A DNA stretch of 64,000 bases from a bacterium (GTDB taxonomy: Bacteria > Patescibacteriota > Patescibacteriia > UBA1558 > UBA10009). A model generated the notes under the pieces. That model made no database searches, was not told the origin of the DNA, and was given only the letters and a program-made list of their open reading frames with translations. A program made the translations under genes and the position numbers. Shown here in pieces: positions 1 through 8,354 of this stretch; position 1 is the first letter of the stretch; each line of letters starts with the position of its first letter. The stretch is taken from positions 507,494-571,493 of the forward strand of contig JABHGM010000001.1 of the NCBI GenBank assembly GCA_018672055.1, given 5' to 3'.

Positions 1-8
1 AACTTTAA

Positions 9-81
9 GCCGTTGTAGCTCAGTTGGTAGAGCAACTCCATGGTAAGGAGTAGGTCTGCGGTTCGAGTCCGCACAACGGCT
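9..81 (+). tRNA. tRNA-Thr (anticodon GGT)
   Basis: Cloverleaf read by eye: acceptor GCCGTTG/CAACGGC, D-loop AGTTGGTA, anticodon loop ATGGTAA (GGT), T-loop TTCGAGT; CCA encoded at 82-84. Confidence 0.85.
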
Positions 82-97
82 CCAGGTATATATAAAT

Positions 98-180
98 GGG
101 TCGGTGGCAGAGCGGTCAAATGCATTAGACTGTAAATCTAACGCCTTACGGCTACGTAGGTTCGAATCCTACCCGGCCCA
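98..180 (+). tRNA. tRNA-Tyr (anticodon GTA), long variable arm
   Basis: Acceptor GGGTCGG/CCGGCCC, anticodon loop CTGTAAA, long extra arm typical of bacterial Tyr, T-loop TTCGAAT, CCA at 181-183. Confidence 0.8.
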
Positions 181-188
181 CCATATAT

Positions 189-261
189 GCCACCCTAGCT
201 CAGTTGGTAGAGCATCAGTTTTGTAAACTGCAGGTCGTCGGTTCGAATCCGACGGGTGGCT
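189..261 (+). tRNA. tRNA-Thr (anticodon TGT)
   Basis: Acceptor GCCACCC/GGGTGGC, D-arm GCTCAGTTGGTAGAGC, anticodon loop TTTGTAA, T-loop TTCGAAT, CCA at 262-264. Confidence 0.75.
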
Positions 262-288
262 CCAGATTAATTAAACTAAAAGAATAAT

Positions 289-444
289 ATGTCTCAAGAT
301 AATCTTGTAAAGATGGAATGTAAAGAGTGTAAAATAGTAACTCATCATTCTAGAAAGAATAAAAAACTATTAAAAGAACGTTTAGAATTAAAGAAACATT
401 GTCCTCATTGTAAGAAACATACAATGCATAAAGAAACTAAATAA
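289..444 (+). CDS. rpmG: 50S ribosomal protein L33
   Basis: 51-aa ORF not in the supplied track: MSQDNLVKMECKECKIVTHHSRKNKKLLKERLELKKHCPHCKKHTMHKETK. Two CxxC pairs, Lys-rich, and the classic position after a Thr-Tyr-Thr tRNA cluster. Confidence 0.75.
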   Translation: MSQDNLVKMECKECKIVTHHSRKNKKLLKERLELKKHCPHCKKHTMHKETK

Positions 445-449
445 TATTT

Positions 450-869
450 ATGAAGTTTTTAATTTTCTTAATCATAATGGTAGGCTTAGTAAGCTTTTTT
501 TGGCATGAAGAGATAGGTGATTATTTTTCTACATTAAAACAACCTGTTGAAAATAATGCTTCAGATATAATTCAAGAAGGTATTGAAAAAACAAGTGATT
601 GGTGGGAAGGTGGAGCAGAAGAATATGTTACTAGCTTAGTAAATAGTTTAACAGCTCAAGGTAGAGAAAAAATTGATGAATATTTAGCTAATAAAGAATT
701 AAATGAATATGGTGATGAAGAAGGTACTATGTATACTGGTGGTACACCATTATTTAATGAAGAAACAGGCGTAGTTTTAGAAAAATATGAATTTTTAATA
801 AATAAATTCCCAGAAATAGTTGAAGAACTTAATTTAGAACAATACATTTCTACTGAAGGTCAAGATTAA
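450..869 (+). CDS. hypothetical protein, N-terminal TM helix plus acidic tail
   Basis: ORF track; N-terminal hydrophobic segment MKFLIFLIIMVGLVSFFW, rest highly acidic. Sits where secE normally lies but has no SecE-like architecture. Confidence 0.4.
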   Translation: MKFLIFLIIMVGLVSFFWHEEIGDYFSTLKQPVENNASDIIQEGIEKTSDWWEGGAEEYVTSLVNSLTAQGREKIDEYLANKELNEYGDEEGTMYTGGTPLFNEETGVVLEKYEFLINKFPEIVEELNLEQYISTEGQD

Positions 870-875
870 TTAATG

Positions 876-945
876 GGGGAGTATTTCAGTGGTAGAATGC
901 GGGTCTCCAAAACCTGAGACGAGGGTTCAATTCCTTCCTCCCCTG
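876..945 (+). tRNA. tRNA-Trp (anticodon CCA)
   Basis: Acceptor GGGGGAG/CTCCCCT, D-loop AGTGGTA, anticodon loop CTCCAAA, T-loop TTCAATT, CCA at 946-948. Confidence 0.75.
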
Positions 946-983
946 CCAAATTTAATAAATAATTAATAATTAACAAAAACTAA

Positions 984-1499
984 ATGAAGAAAAATTTAAT
1001 TTTAGGCATTATAGCTGTAGTACTAATAATAGTACTTTTTGTTTTTGCTTATGATGCTTACCAAGAAAAAGAAATAATAGAAGATGAGACATTAAATATT
1101 AATGTTGAAGAACCTAATATACCTATTGATGATGAAATATTACCTGAAGTAAATTTAATAAATAATCAAAAACTTATGGAATTAATTATTGAAACAATAC
1201 AAGAAGGTAGTGGTGAAGAAGTAAAATCTGGTGATTCTATTTCAGTGCATTACACTGGTACCTTAAAAGATGGCACTAAATTTGATTCAAGTGTAGACAG
1301 AGGTCAACCATTTGAATTTACCATTGGCAACGGTATGGTTATACAAGGTTGGGAAGAGGGTTTAATTGGTATGAAAGTTGGTGAAAAACGTAAATTAAGT
1401 ATTCCATCAGCTATGGCTTATGGAGAACGTGGTGCTGGAGCCTTAATTCAACCAAATGCTGATATATATTTCGACGTAGAGTTAATTGCTATAAATTAA
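984..1499 (+). CDS. FKBP-type peptidyl-prolyl cis-trans isomerase, membrane-anchored
   Basis: N-terminal TM, then FKBP domain motifs: HYTGTLKDGTKFDSSVDRGQPFEFTIG, VIQGWEEGLIGMKVGEKRKLSIP, YFDVELI. Confidence 0.85.
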   Translation: MKKNLILGIIAVVLIIVLFVFAYDAYQEKEIIEDETLNINVEEPNIPIDDEILPEVNLINNQKLMELIIETIQEGSGEEVKSGDSISVHYTGTLKDGTKFDSSVDRGQPFEFTIGNGMVIQGWEEGLIGMKVGEKRKLSIPSAMAYGERGAGALIQPNADIYFDVELIAIN

Positions 1500-1506
1500 T
1501 ATATTT

Positions 1507-1536
1507 AAAAACAAGGATTTTATATCCTTGTTTTTA
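1507..1536 (+). terminator. rho-independent terminator
   Basis: AAAACAAGGAT-tttat-ATCCTTGTTTT hairpin followed by T-run. Confidence 0.7.
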
Positions 1537-1575
1537 TTTGTAAAAATATAATAAATATTATATAATCAACTAATT

Positions 1576-2787
1576 ATGATAAAGTATTTTAAATATTTAT
1601 TTCTACTTATAGTACTGTGTGCTAGTTTTTTTGTATTTGCAGATAATATTAAAGCTGAAGAAAATGTTGATCTTTACCTATTCTATAGCTATACTTGTCC
1701 ACATTGTCATGATGAAAGAGTATATTTAGAAACTCTTAAAGAAGAATATGGCTCTCAATTGGAAATTCATGAATTTGAAATAATAAAAGATAAAGCAAAT
1801 CAAGAATTATTTAAAGAAGCTGCTAGAATATATAATGCAAATATTAGTTATGTGCCTTTAACTATAATAGGTGATCAGTTAATAACTGGTTATGGTACAG
1901 ATGAAACTACTGGTTCAGAAATAAAAAATTTAATTGATTTATGTTTAACAACAGAGTGTAGTGATTCATTTGGTTCATATCTTGAATCTGTAGAGTTAAA
2001 TAAACCTGCTTTAGAGCCTACTAGCAATAGTATAGTTATCCCTGAAACTTTAAATTTACCCGTTTTTGGCGAGATTAAGACTAAATCAGTATCTTTACCA
2101 CTACTTACTTTTGTAATCGCTGCTGTGGACGGCTTTAACCCATGTGCTATGTGGGTTCTTTTATTTCTAATATCCCTACTTTTAGGTATTGAGAATAAAA
2201 AAAGAATGTGGTTACTTGGCGGTACTTTTATATTTGCGTCTGGTTTTGTTTATTTCTTATTCTTAGCTGCTTGGCTTAACTTAATATTATTTATTGGTTT
2301 AATATTTATTTTAAGGTTAATAATAGGTTTAGTGGCCATGGTAGCTGGAGGATATAATTTAAGAGAGTATTGGATTAATAGGCCTGGTTGTAAGGTAACT
2401 GAAAGTAAGTCTAGGAGAAAGATGTTTGATAAGTTAAAAGAGATTACTCAGAAACGTTCTTTATTCTTAGCTTTAACTGGTATTATCTTAATTGCTTTTG
2501 CTGTTAATTTAGTTGAACTTATTTGTAGCGCAGGACTTCCTGCAATTTATACTTCAGTTTTAGCATTATCTGATCTTGCTACTTGGCAGTATTACTTATA
2601 TTTACTTTTCTATATTTTCATCTTTATGCTTGATGATATGTTAGTCTTTGGTATTGCTATGGTTACTTTAAAGAGTGTTGGTTTAGATGGTAAATATAGT
2701 CGTTATTCACACTTAATTGGTGGTATTATTATCTTTGTTTTAGGCCTTCTCCTTATATTTAGACCTGAGTGGTTAAGTTTTAGTTAA
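1576..2787 (+). CDS. DsbA-like thioredoxin-fold domain (CPHC) fused to polytopic membrane domain with conserved TM cysteines
   Basis: Signal/TM, then YSYTCPHCHDE (DsbA-type CPHC active site). C-terminal 6+ TM region with Cys in NPCAMW and LICSAGLPA helices (CcdA/DsbD-like relay suspected). Confidence 0.5.
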   Translation: MIKYFKYLFLLIVLCASFFVFADNIKAEENVDLYLFYSYTCPHCHDERVYLETLKEEYGSQLEIHEFEIIKDKANQELFKEAARIYNANISYVPLTIIGDQLITGYGTDETTGSEIKNLIDLCLTTECSDSFGSYLESVELNKPALEPTSNSIVIPETLNLPVFGEIKTKSVSLPLLTFVIAAVDGFNPCAMWVLLFLISLLLGIENKKRMWLLGGTFIFASGFVYFLFLAAWLNLILFIGLIFILRLIIGLVAMVAGGYNLREYWINRPGCKVTESKSRRKMFDKLKEITQKRSLFLALTGIILIAFAVNLVELICSAGLPAIYTSVLALSDLATWQYYLYLLFYIFIFMLDDMLVFGIAMVTLKSVGLDGKYSRYSHLIGGIIIFVLGLLLIFRPEWLSFS

Positions 2788-2797
2788 AACACTATTT

Positions 2798-2828
2798 AAA
2801 CCTTAATATATAAGTTATTAAGGTTTTT
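2798..2828 (+). terminator. rho-independent terminator
   Basis: Perfect 10-bp inverted repeat AACCTTAATA / TATTAAGGTT with 7-nt loop, then TTTTT. Confidence 0.75.
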
Positions 2829-2852
2829 AAAATACTCAAAAAATGGTATAAT
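2825..2852 (+). promoter_or_regulatory. sigma70-type promoter with extended -10 (TGgTATAAT)
   Basis: TGGTATAAT at 2844-2852; weak -35 TTTAAA 16 nt upstream; about 37 nt before the ATG of the downstream gene. Confidence 0.5.
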
Positions 2853-2889
2853 TTAATTAGTAAAAGAAATATAATATTTTTTTTGTTTT

Positions 2890-4236
2890 ATGGTTAAAAA
2901 TAAAAATAAATTAAAAGTTTGGATTGTTACAGTTAATATGGGGTATGGTCATATGAGAGCTGCTTTTCCATTAAAACATATGGCACATAAAGGAATAATC
3001 ATTGCTAATGATTATCCAGGTATTCCTAAAAAAGATAAAAAAACATGGCTTGATCAACGTAAGTTTTATGAAGCTATATCACGTTTTAAAAAAGTGCCAA
3101 TTGCTGGTAATGCAGTCTTTGGCTTTTTTAATTTATTTCAAAAAATACCTAAATTTTATCCTAAACGTGATTTATCACGTCCTAATTTACAAGTTCTTTC
3201 TACTATATATATGGCTAAGAGAAAAGATTGGGGTAAACATTTAATAAATAAATTAGCTAAAACTCCTTTAGCTTTTGTTACTCCCTTTTTTGCTACTGCT
3301 TTTATGGCTGAAGTAAATAATTATCCAAATGATATTTTTTGTATAATTTGTGATGCTGATATGAGTAGAACTTGGGCAGCTCTTAATCCTGCTAAGAGTA
3401 GAATAAAATATTTAGCTCCTAATCAAAGGGTGGTTGATAGATTAAAATTATATGGTGTACCTGAAAAGAATATTTTCTTAACTGGTTTTCCTTTACCTAT
3501 TGAAATACTTGGTAAAGAAAGTTGTGATACCGCAAAACTTGATTTAGCTCAAAGACTTATAAATTTAGATCCTGATCGTAAGTATATTAGTAAATATAAA
3601 AAAACATTAGTTTCTAGTTTAAAGATTAAAAGTTTTCCTAAAAAAAGTGATCATCTTTTAACTTTAACCTTTGCTGTTGGTGGTGCTGGTGCTCAAAGAG
3701 AATTAGGTGGAAATATAGTGAAAGGTTTAGCTAAGTTAATTAGGAATAAAGAAATTAGAATTAATTTAATTGCTGGGGTCCATAAAGAAGTTAATACTTA
3801 TTTTAAGAAAGTGATTAAACAGAATAAATTAAGTGAGCATTTAGGTAAAGAGGTTAGAATATTATATACAGATAATAAAAAAGATTATTTTAAAGAATTT
3901 AATAAGTGGATTAGAACTACCGATGTTTTATGGACTAAACCTTCTGAATTAGTATTTTATTCTGGTCTAGGCTTGCCTATTATAATTGCTCCGCCTATTG
4001 GTTCACAAGAATTTTTTAATCAAAAATATTTAATTAATTTAGGAGCTGGTATAAATCAAGAAGATATTAGATATGTTGATGAATGGTTAGTTGATTGGAT
4101 AAAGAGTGGTCGTTTAGCAGAAGCTGCAGCTCAAGGTTATTTAGAAGCTCCTAATCTTGGTACTTATAATATTGAAAAAGTATTATCTAAACATATTCAT
4201 AAACTTAAAAAAATTAAAACTATTTCACCTTACTAA
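2890..4236 (+). CDS. GT28-family glycosyltransferase, MGDG-synthase/UgtP-like (glycolipid synthase)
   Basis: N-terminal VWIVTVNMGYGHMRAA resembles the G-x-GH motif of UgtP/MGDG synthases; MurG-like C-terminal half (GGAGAQ). Confidence 0.5.
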   Translation: MVKNKNKLKVWIVTVNMGYGHMRAAFPLKHMAHKGIIIANDYPGIPKKDKKTWLDQRKFYEAISRFKKVPIAGNAVFGFFNLFQKIPKFYPKRDLSRPNLQVLSTIYMAKRKDWGKHLINKLAKTPLAFVTPFFATAFMAEVNNYPNDIFCIICDADMSRTWAALNPAKSRIKYLAPNQRVVDRLKLYGVPEKNIFLTGFPLPIEILGKESCDTAKLDLAQRLINLDPDRKYISKYKKTLVSSLKIKSFPKKSDHLLTLTFAVGGAGAQRELGGNIVKGLAKLIRNKEIRINLIAGVHKEVNTYFKKVIKQNKLSEHLGKEVRILYTDNKKDYFKEFNKWIRTTDVLWTKPSELVFYSGLGLPIIIAPPIGSQEFFNQKYLINLGAGINQEDIRYVDEWLVDWIKSGRLAEAAAQGYLEAPNLGTYNIEKVLSKHIHKLKKIKTISPY

Positions 4237-4239
4237 TCT

Positions 4240-5145
4240 ATGTGGTTTACAATTGCCATTATTTCATTCTTTTTACTAGCTATTGCTGCTATTATTGATA
4301 AATTTTTACTTACTAAATCAAGAATAGTACCAATATCTTATGCTTTTCATATATCTGTAATTGGTGGTGTTATAAGTAGTTTACTGATATTTTTTGAAAA
4401 AGATTTTTATTTTCCTAAAGAGCATTTAAGTATTTTATTAATTGGTGGAGTATCTATTTATTTTGCTATTTATTTATTATTTAAGGCAGTAGCTAAGTCA
4501 GAAATATCTAAAGTTAATCCTTTAATTGTAAGTATTACGCCTTTAATAATATTTGTATTTTCTTATTTACTTTCTTTAAAAACAGTTACTTTTTATCAAT
4601 TCATCGGTATTTTACTTATTGTAATAGGTAGTTACTTATTATCTCAGGTTGGTCATGCTAAAACTAAGATAAAGCCAAAAGTTTGGCTTTTTATTATTGG
4701 CGCTGGTTTAATGTTTGCTATATCAAATAGTTTTAATAAGCTGGCATATAATGAAATGTCATTTTTAACTGCTTTTATTTATCTTAGATGGTTTTCATTA
4801 CTTGGGGCAATTATATTTACTTTTATAGTTGGCGGTTGGAAGAAAATAATAAATTTAAAAGAAAAAGATGAATCAAAGACTAAACAGCGTTGGTTAGCCT
4901 TTGCCTTGGGGCAAGTAGCTGGTGGTTTAGGAATAATTTTAATGCAATATGCTATTGCTATTGGTAATGTAATTTTAGTTACAGCTTTGAATGGTGTACA
5001 GTTTTTATTCATTATTGTTATTGTTTATTTACTATCTAAATTTAAACCTGAGATATATAGGGAAAATATTTCAACTAGATATATATTACCTAAATTAATG
5101 TATAGTATACTATTATTTTTAGGAATATATTTAATATTAATTTAA
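4240..5145 (+). CDS. integral membrane protein, DMT/EamA-like (about 10 TM)
   Basis: 301 aa, two halves of about 5 TM helices each; size and topology fit the drug/metabolite transporter superfamily. Confidence 0.4.
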   Translation: MWFTIAIISFFLLAIAAIIDKFLLTKSRIVPISYAFHISVIGGVISSLLIFFEKDFYFPKEHLSILLIGGVSIYFAIYLLFKAVAKSEISKVNPLIVSITPLIIFVFSYLLSLKTVTFYQFIGILLIVIGSYLLSQVGHAKTKIKPKVWLFIIGAGLMFAISNSFNKLAYNEMSFLTAFIYLRWFSLLGAIIFTFIVGGWKKIINLKEKDESKTKQRWLAFALGQVAGGLGIILMQYAIAIGNVILVTALNGVQFLFIIVIVYLLSKFKPEIYRENISTRYILPKLMYSILLFLGIYLILI

Positions 5146-5148
5146 TAT

Positions 5149-6144
5149 ATGAGAGAAAAAGTAATTGGAACTTTAAAAGCAATAGTAGTAGTTTTTATAG
5201 TTTTTCTAATTGCTTGGTTATATAGTGCTGATTTTGGTGAGAATAAAGACATTAAGTATGGGGTTACTTTTTCTCAAAAGTATGCTTCTGAACTTAATTT
5301 AAATTGGCGTCAGGTATATGCTTCTATATATGATGAATTAAATGTTAAGGATATTAGAATTGTAGGTCATTGGGACATGATTGAAAAAGAGATTGATAAT
5401 TATGATTTTGTTGATCTAGATTATCAAATAGCATTAGCTGAGAGGAATGAAGCTAAAGTTATCTTAGCTATTGGTCATAGAACGCCTCGTTGGCCTGAGT
5501 GTCATTGGCCTGAATGGAGTTTTAAATTATCTGAAGATGAATGGAAAGTAAAAGTTTTAGATTTATTACGAGCTGTAGTCTTAAGATACAAGGATAATGA
5601 ATCAGTCATTGCATGGCAAGTTGAAAATGAACCTTACTTAAAAGTATTTGGTGAGTGTCCTAGAATGGATAATGACTTTTTTAAAAAAGAAGTTTTGCTT
5701 GTTAAAATGTTAGATTCAAGACCTATTGTTATAACAGAGAGTGGGGAATTATCTACATGGCTTGGTGGTTCAAGGCTTGGTGATTATGTAGGAACTAGTA
5801 TTTACAGAGTTACTTGGAATAAACATTTTGGATATTTCTATTATCCATTACCACCAGCTTTTTATTATTTAAAAGCAGAACTTGTTAAATTTGTTACTGG
5901 TGTTAATAATATATTTATTTCTGAAATGCAGATGGAACCTTGGTTGGGTATGCCAGTACTTTTAACTTCACTTGATACACAGTATAAATCTATGGATATT
6001 GATAGGTTTAAGGAGAATTTAGAATACGCTAATAGAACAGGTTTATCACCAATTCATTTATGGGGAGTTGAGTGGTGGTATTGGTTAAGAGAACAAGGTG
6101 ATAGCTCAATTTGGGATGAAGCAATTAAATTATTTAATAAATAA
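5149..6144 (+). CDS. clan GH-A (GH5-like) TIM-barrel glycoside hydrolase, membrane-anchored
   Basis: N-terminal TM anchor; catalytic signatures WQVENEP (acid/base NEP) and VITESG (nucleophile), with spacing typical of clan GH-A. Confidence 0.6.
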   Translation: MREKVIGTLKAIVVVFIVFLIAWLYSADFGENKDIKYGVTFSQKYASELNLNWRQVYASIYDELNVKDIRIVGHWDMIEKEIDNYDFVDLDYQIALAERNEAKVILAIGHRTPRWPECHWPEWSFKLSEDEWKVKVLDLLRAVVLRYKDNESVIAWQVENEPYLKVFGECPRMDNDFFKKEVLLVKMLDSRPIVITESGELSTWLGGSRLGDYVGTSIYRVTWNKHFGYFYYPLPPAFYYLKAELVKFVTGVNNIFISEMQMEPWLGMPVLLTSLDTQYKSMDIDRFKENLEYANRTGLSPIHLWGVEWWYWLREQGDSSIWDEAIKLFNK

Positions 6145-6147
6145 TAT

Positions 6148-7206
6148 ATGGCTGTTGAAATTAAAAAATATATAAGAATATTTAAATTACCTCAAGATAG
6201 ACATCAGAAGGTAATAAATCAAATTAGTGAAGAAACTAACGCTGATTTAGATTTTTATACTTTATCTATCTTTGCTACTATAATTATTACTTTGGGTTTA
6301 ATTTTAAATAATAATGCTGTGGTTATTGGTGGTATGTTACTTACCCCATTAGTTTGGCCTATGCTAGCTATTGCTTTAGGCATGGTCCGAGGAAGTATTA
6401 GACTATTTGAAAAAGGTTTATTTAATATAATAAAGATATTACTTTTAACTTTAGTTATTTCATATTTAATTGGTTTAATATCTCCTTTTAAAGAAGTTGG
6501 TACTGAAATATTAACCAGAACTCAACCAACTATATTAGAATTAATTATTGCTTTAGTTGCTGGTTTTATGGCTGCTTTTGTAATTAGTTATCCTAAAAAA
6601 AGTAGTTTTATTGCTGGTATTGTTATTGCTGCTGCTGTAGTACCACCTTTATGTGTTATTGGTATTTCTTTTGCACATAATAATTTAGAACAAGCAGCTG
6701 GTGCTTTTTTACTATTCATTGCTAATATAATAGCTGTTGTTCTATCTGCTGCTTTTTTCTTTTACTTAGCTCATTTTAAACAGTTAGAATCAGATATAGT
6801 TAAAGAAAGGCGTAAAGGACATTTTATCTGGTCTATAGTCTTTTTAATAGTTATACTTATTCCTTTACTTATTATTACTAAAAGTACTATTAAACAAGAA
6901 AACAGGTATCGTTTAACTAGGCAAGTTATTATTACTAATATTGATGAGGCCAGTTTAATAGAATTAGTTATTAAAGAAAAAGAAAATACCTTATACATTG
7001 CCACTACTCTTAGAGCTAGAAATAATTTAAATTCTAGAGAAATGGATAGATTAATATCTTTGCTTTCAGATAATTTAGAAAGTTCAGTTAATTTACAAGT
7101 AACAGTTATTCCAACATTACAGGGAGGTAAAATTATTGAAGAAGAAGTAGTTAATGAACAAAAGAATGAAAATAATGGAGATGTATTTCCTAATTTAAAT
7201 AAATAA
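6148..7206 (+). CDS. DUF389-like integral membrane protein
   Basis: Multi-TM core with GGMLLTPLVWP-type motif recalled from the DUF389/TIGR00341 family, plus a C-terminal soluble domain. Confidence 0.35.
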   Translation: MAVEIKKYIRIFKLPQDRHQKVINQISEETNADLDFYTLSIFATIIITLGLILNNNAVVIGGMLLTPLVWPMLAIALGMVRGSIRLFEKGLFNIIKILLLTLVISYLIGLISPFKEVGTEILTRTQPTILELIIALVAGFMAAFVISYPKKSSFIAGIVIAAAVVPPLCVIGISFAHNNLEQAAGAFLLFIANIIAVVLSAAFFFYLAHFKQLESDIVKERRKGHFIWSIVFLIVILIPLLIITKSTIKQENRYRLTRQVIITNIDEASLIELVIKEKENTLYIATTLRARNNLNSREMDRLISLLSDNLESSVNLQVTVIPTLQGGKIIEEEVVNEQKNENNGDVFPNLNK

Positions 7207-7208
7207 AT

Positions 7209-8339
7209 ATGCATAAAAAATTACCATTACTTGAAGCCATTTCAATATTAGTCGGTACAATAATAGGTGCTGGTATTTTAGGTATCCCATATGTAGTTGC
7301 TCAAGCTGGTTTTATTACAGGTTTAGTAATTCTGGCAGTTATATCTTTTACTGTCATCATGATCAATTTGTATTTAGGAGAAATTGTATTAAGTACTAAA
7401 GCTAGGCATCAATTAACTGGTTATGCTGAGAAGTATTTAGGAAAGTTTGGTAAATATTTAATGTTTGGTTCAGTAGTCTTTGGTTTTTATGGCGCTTTAC
7501 TTGCCTATATCATTGGCGAGGGTCAAGTACTTGCTGCTTTAACAGGTGGTAATGAGATGGTATATAGCTTATTATTTTTTATGGGAGCTTCTGCTTTAGT
7601 ATATATAGGTTTAACAATAGTTCAGAAGTTTGAATTTTTTATGACACTTATTATTTTAGTAATAGTTTTGATTATTATATTACTAAGTGTTAATTCTATA
7701 GATCTTAGTAATTTAAATGAGTTTAGTTTAGCTAAAGTATTTATACCTTATGGCGTTATATTCTTTGCTATAGGCGGTACTTCAGCTGTACCACAGCTAA
7801 GATTAGTTTTAAAAGGCAGAGAGAAGGATATTAAAAAAGCAATATTAATAGGTGTGTCTATCCCTTTTATAGTATATTTCTTTTTTACTTTAATTGTTGT
7901 TGGAGTAACAGGTTTAGGAACTACTGAAATTGCTACAATTGGTTTAGGTCAGGTTGTTAGTAAATCAATGATAATTTTTGGTAACCTATTTGCTTTCTTT
8001 ACTATGGGTACAAGTTTTTTAACTTTAGGCCTAGCTATTAAGAATACCTATCTATATGATTTAAAATTAAAGCATGGTTTAGCCTGGTCTCTTTCAATGC
8101 TTATTCCTTTCGTTGTATTTTTATTTGGTTTAAATAGTTTTGTTAAGATAATTGGTACTGTAGGTGCTATTGGTGGAGGTATAGAAGGTTTGTTAATATT
8201 AGCTATATATTGGAAGATTAAAAAGCTTAAAAAGACTGAAAGAAATCCTGAGTATTCTTTAAGATTCAATCCTTTACTAATTACGTTTCTAGGTATAATA
8301 TTTATCGGGGGCATTGTATATACATTAGTTAATTTATAA
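7209..8339 (+). CDS. amino-acid permease (aromatic amino acid/Trp-Tyr permease-like)
   Basis: 11-12 TM; N-terminal GTIIGAGILGIPYV motif typical of the TnaB/Mtr/TyrP-type permease family. Confidence 0.5.
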   Translation: MHKKLPLLEAISILVGTIIGAGILGIPYVVAQAGFITGLVILAVISFTVIMINLYLGEIVLSTKARHQLTGYAEKYLGKFGKYLMFGSVVFGFYGALLAYIIGEGQVLAALTGGNEMVYSLLFFMGASALVYIGLTIVQKFEFFMTLIILVIVLIIILLSVNSIDLSNLNEFSLAKVFIPYGVIFFAIGGTSAVPQLRLVLKGREKDIKKAILIGVSIPFIVYFFFTLIVVGVTGLGTTEIATIGLGQVVSKSMIIFGNLFAFFTMGTSFLTLGLAIKNTYLYDLKLKHGLAWSLSMLIPFVVFLFGLNSFVKIIGTVGAIGGGIEGLLILAIYWKIKKLKKTERNPEYSLRFNPLLITFLGIIFIGGIVYTLVNL

Positions 8340-8354
8340 TTTTACATTAAATAT

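Noticed and set aside
450-869. Possibility that the 139-aa ORF after rpmG is SecE
   Set aside because: SecE has its TM helix at the C-terminus after an amphipathic segment; this protein has an N-terminal TM and a long acidic tail; kept as hypothetical
3002-3244. 80-aa alternative-frame ORF inside the GT28 gene, plus many 60-150-aa antisense ORFs (e.g. 656-847, 4779-5012, 6771-7214, 8048-8314, 12688-12954, 16464-16679, 17292-17505, 17793-18014, 18699-18942, 22730-24214, 27383-27619, 29880-30098, 31104-32241, 35655-35885, 38927-39289, 40950-41162, 47762-47947, 50636-50845, 52840-53178, 54317-54613, 58753-58941, 59543-59761)
   Set aside because: Embedded in or antisense to well-supported conserved genes; AT-rich genomes generate long spurious ORFs; compositions are low-complexity (Phe/Ile/Lys- or His/Tyr-rich)
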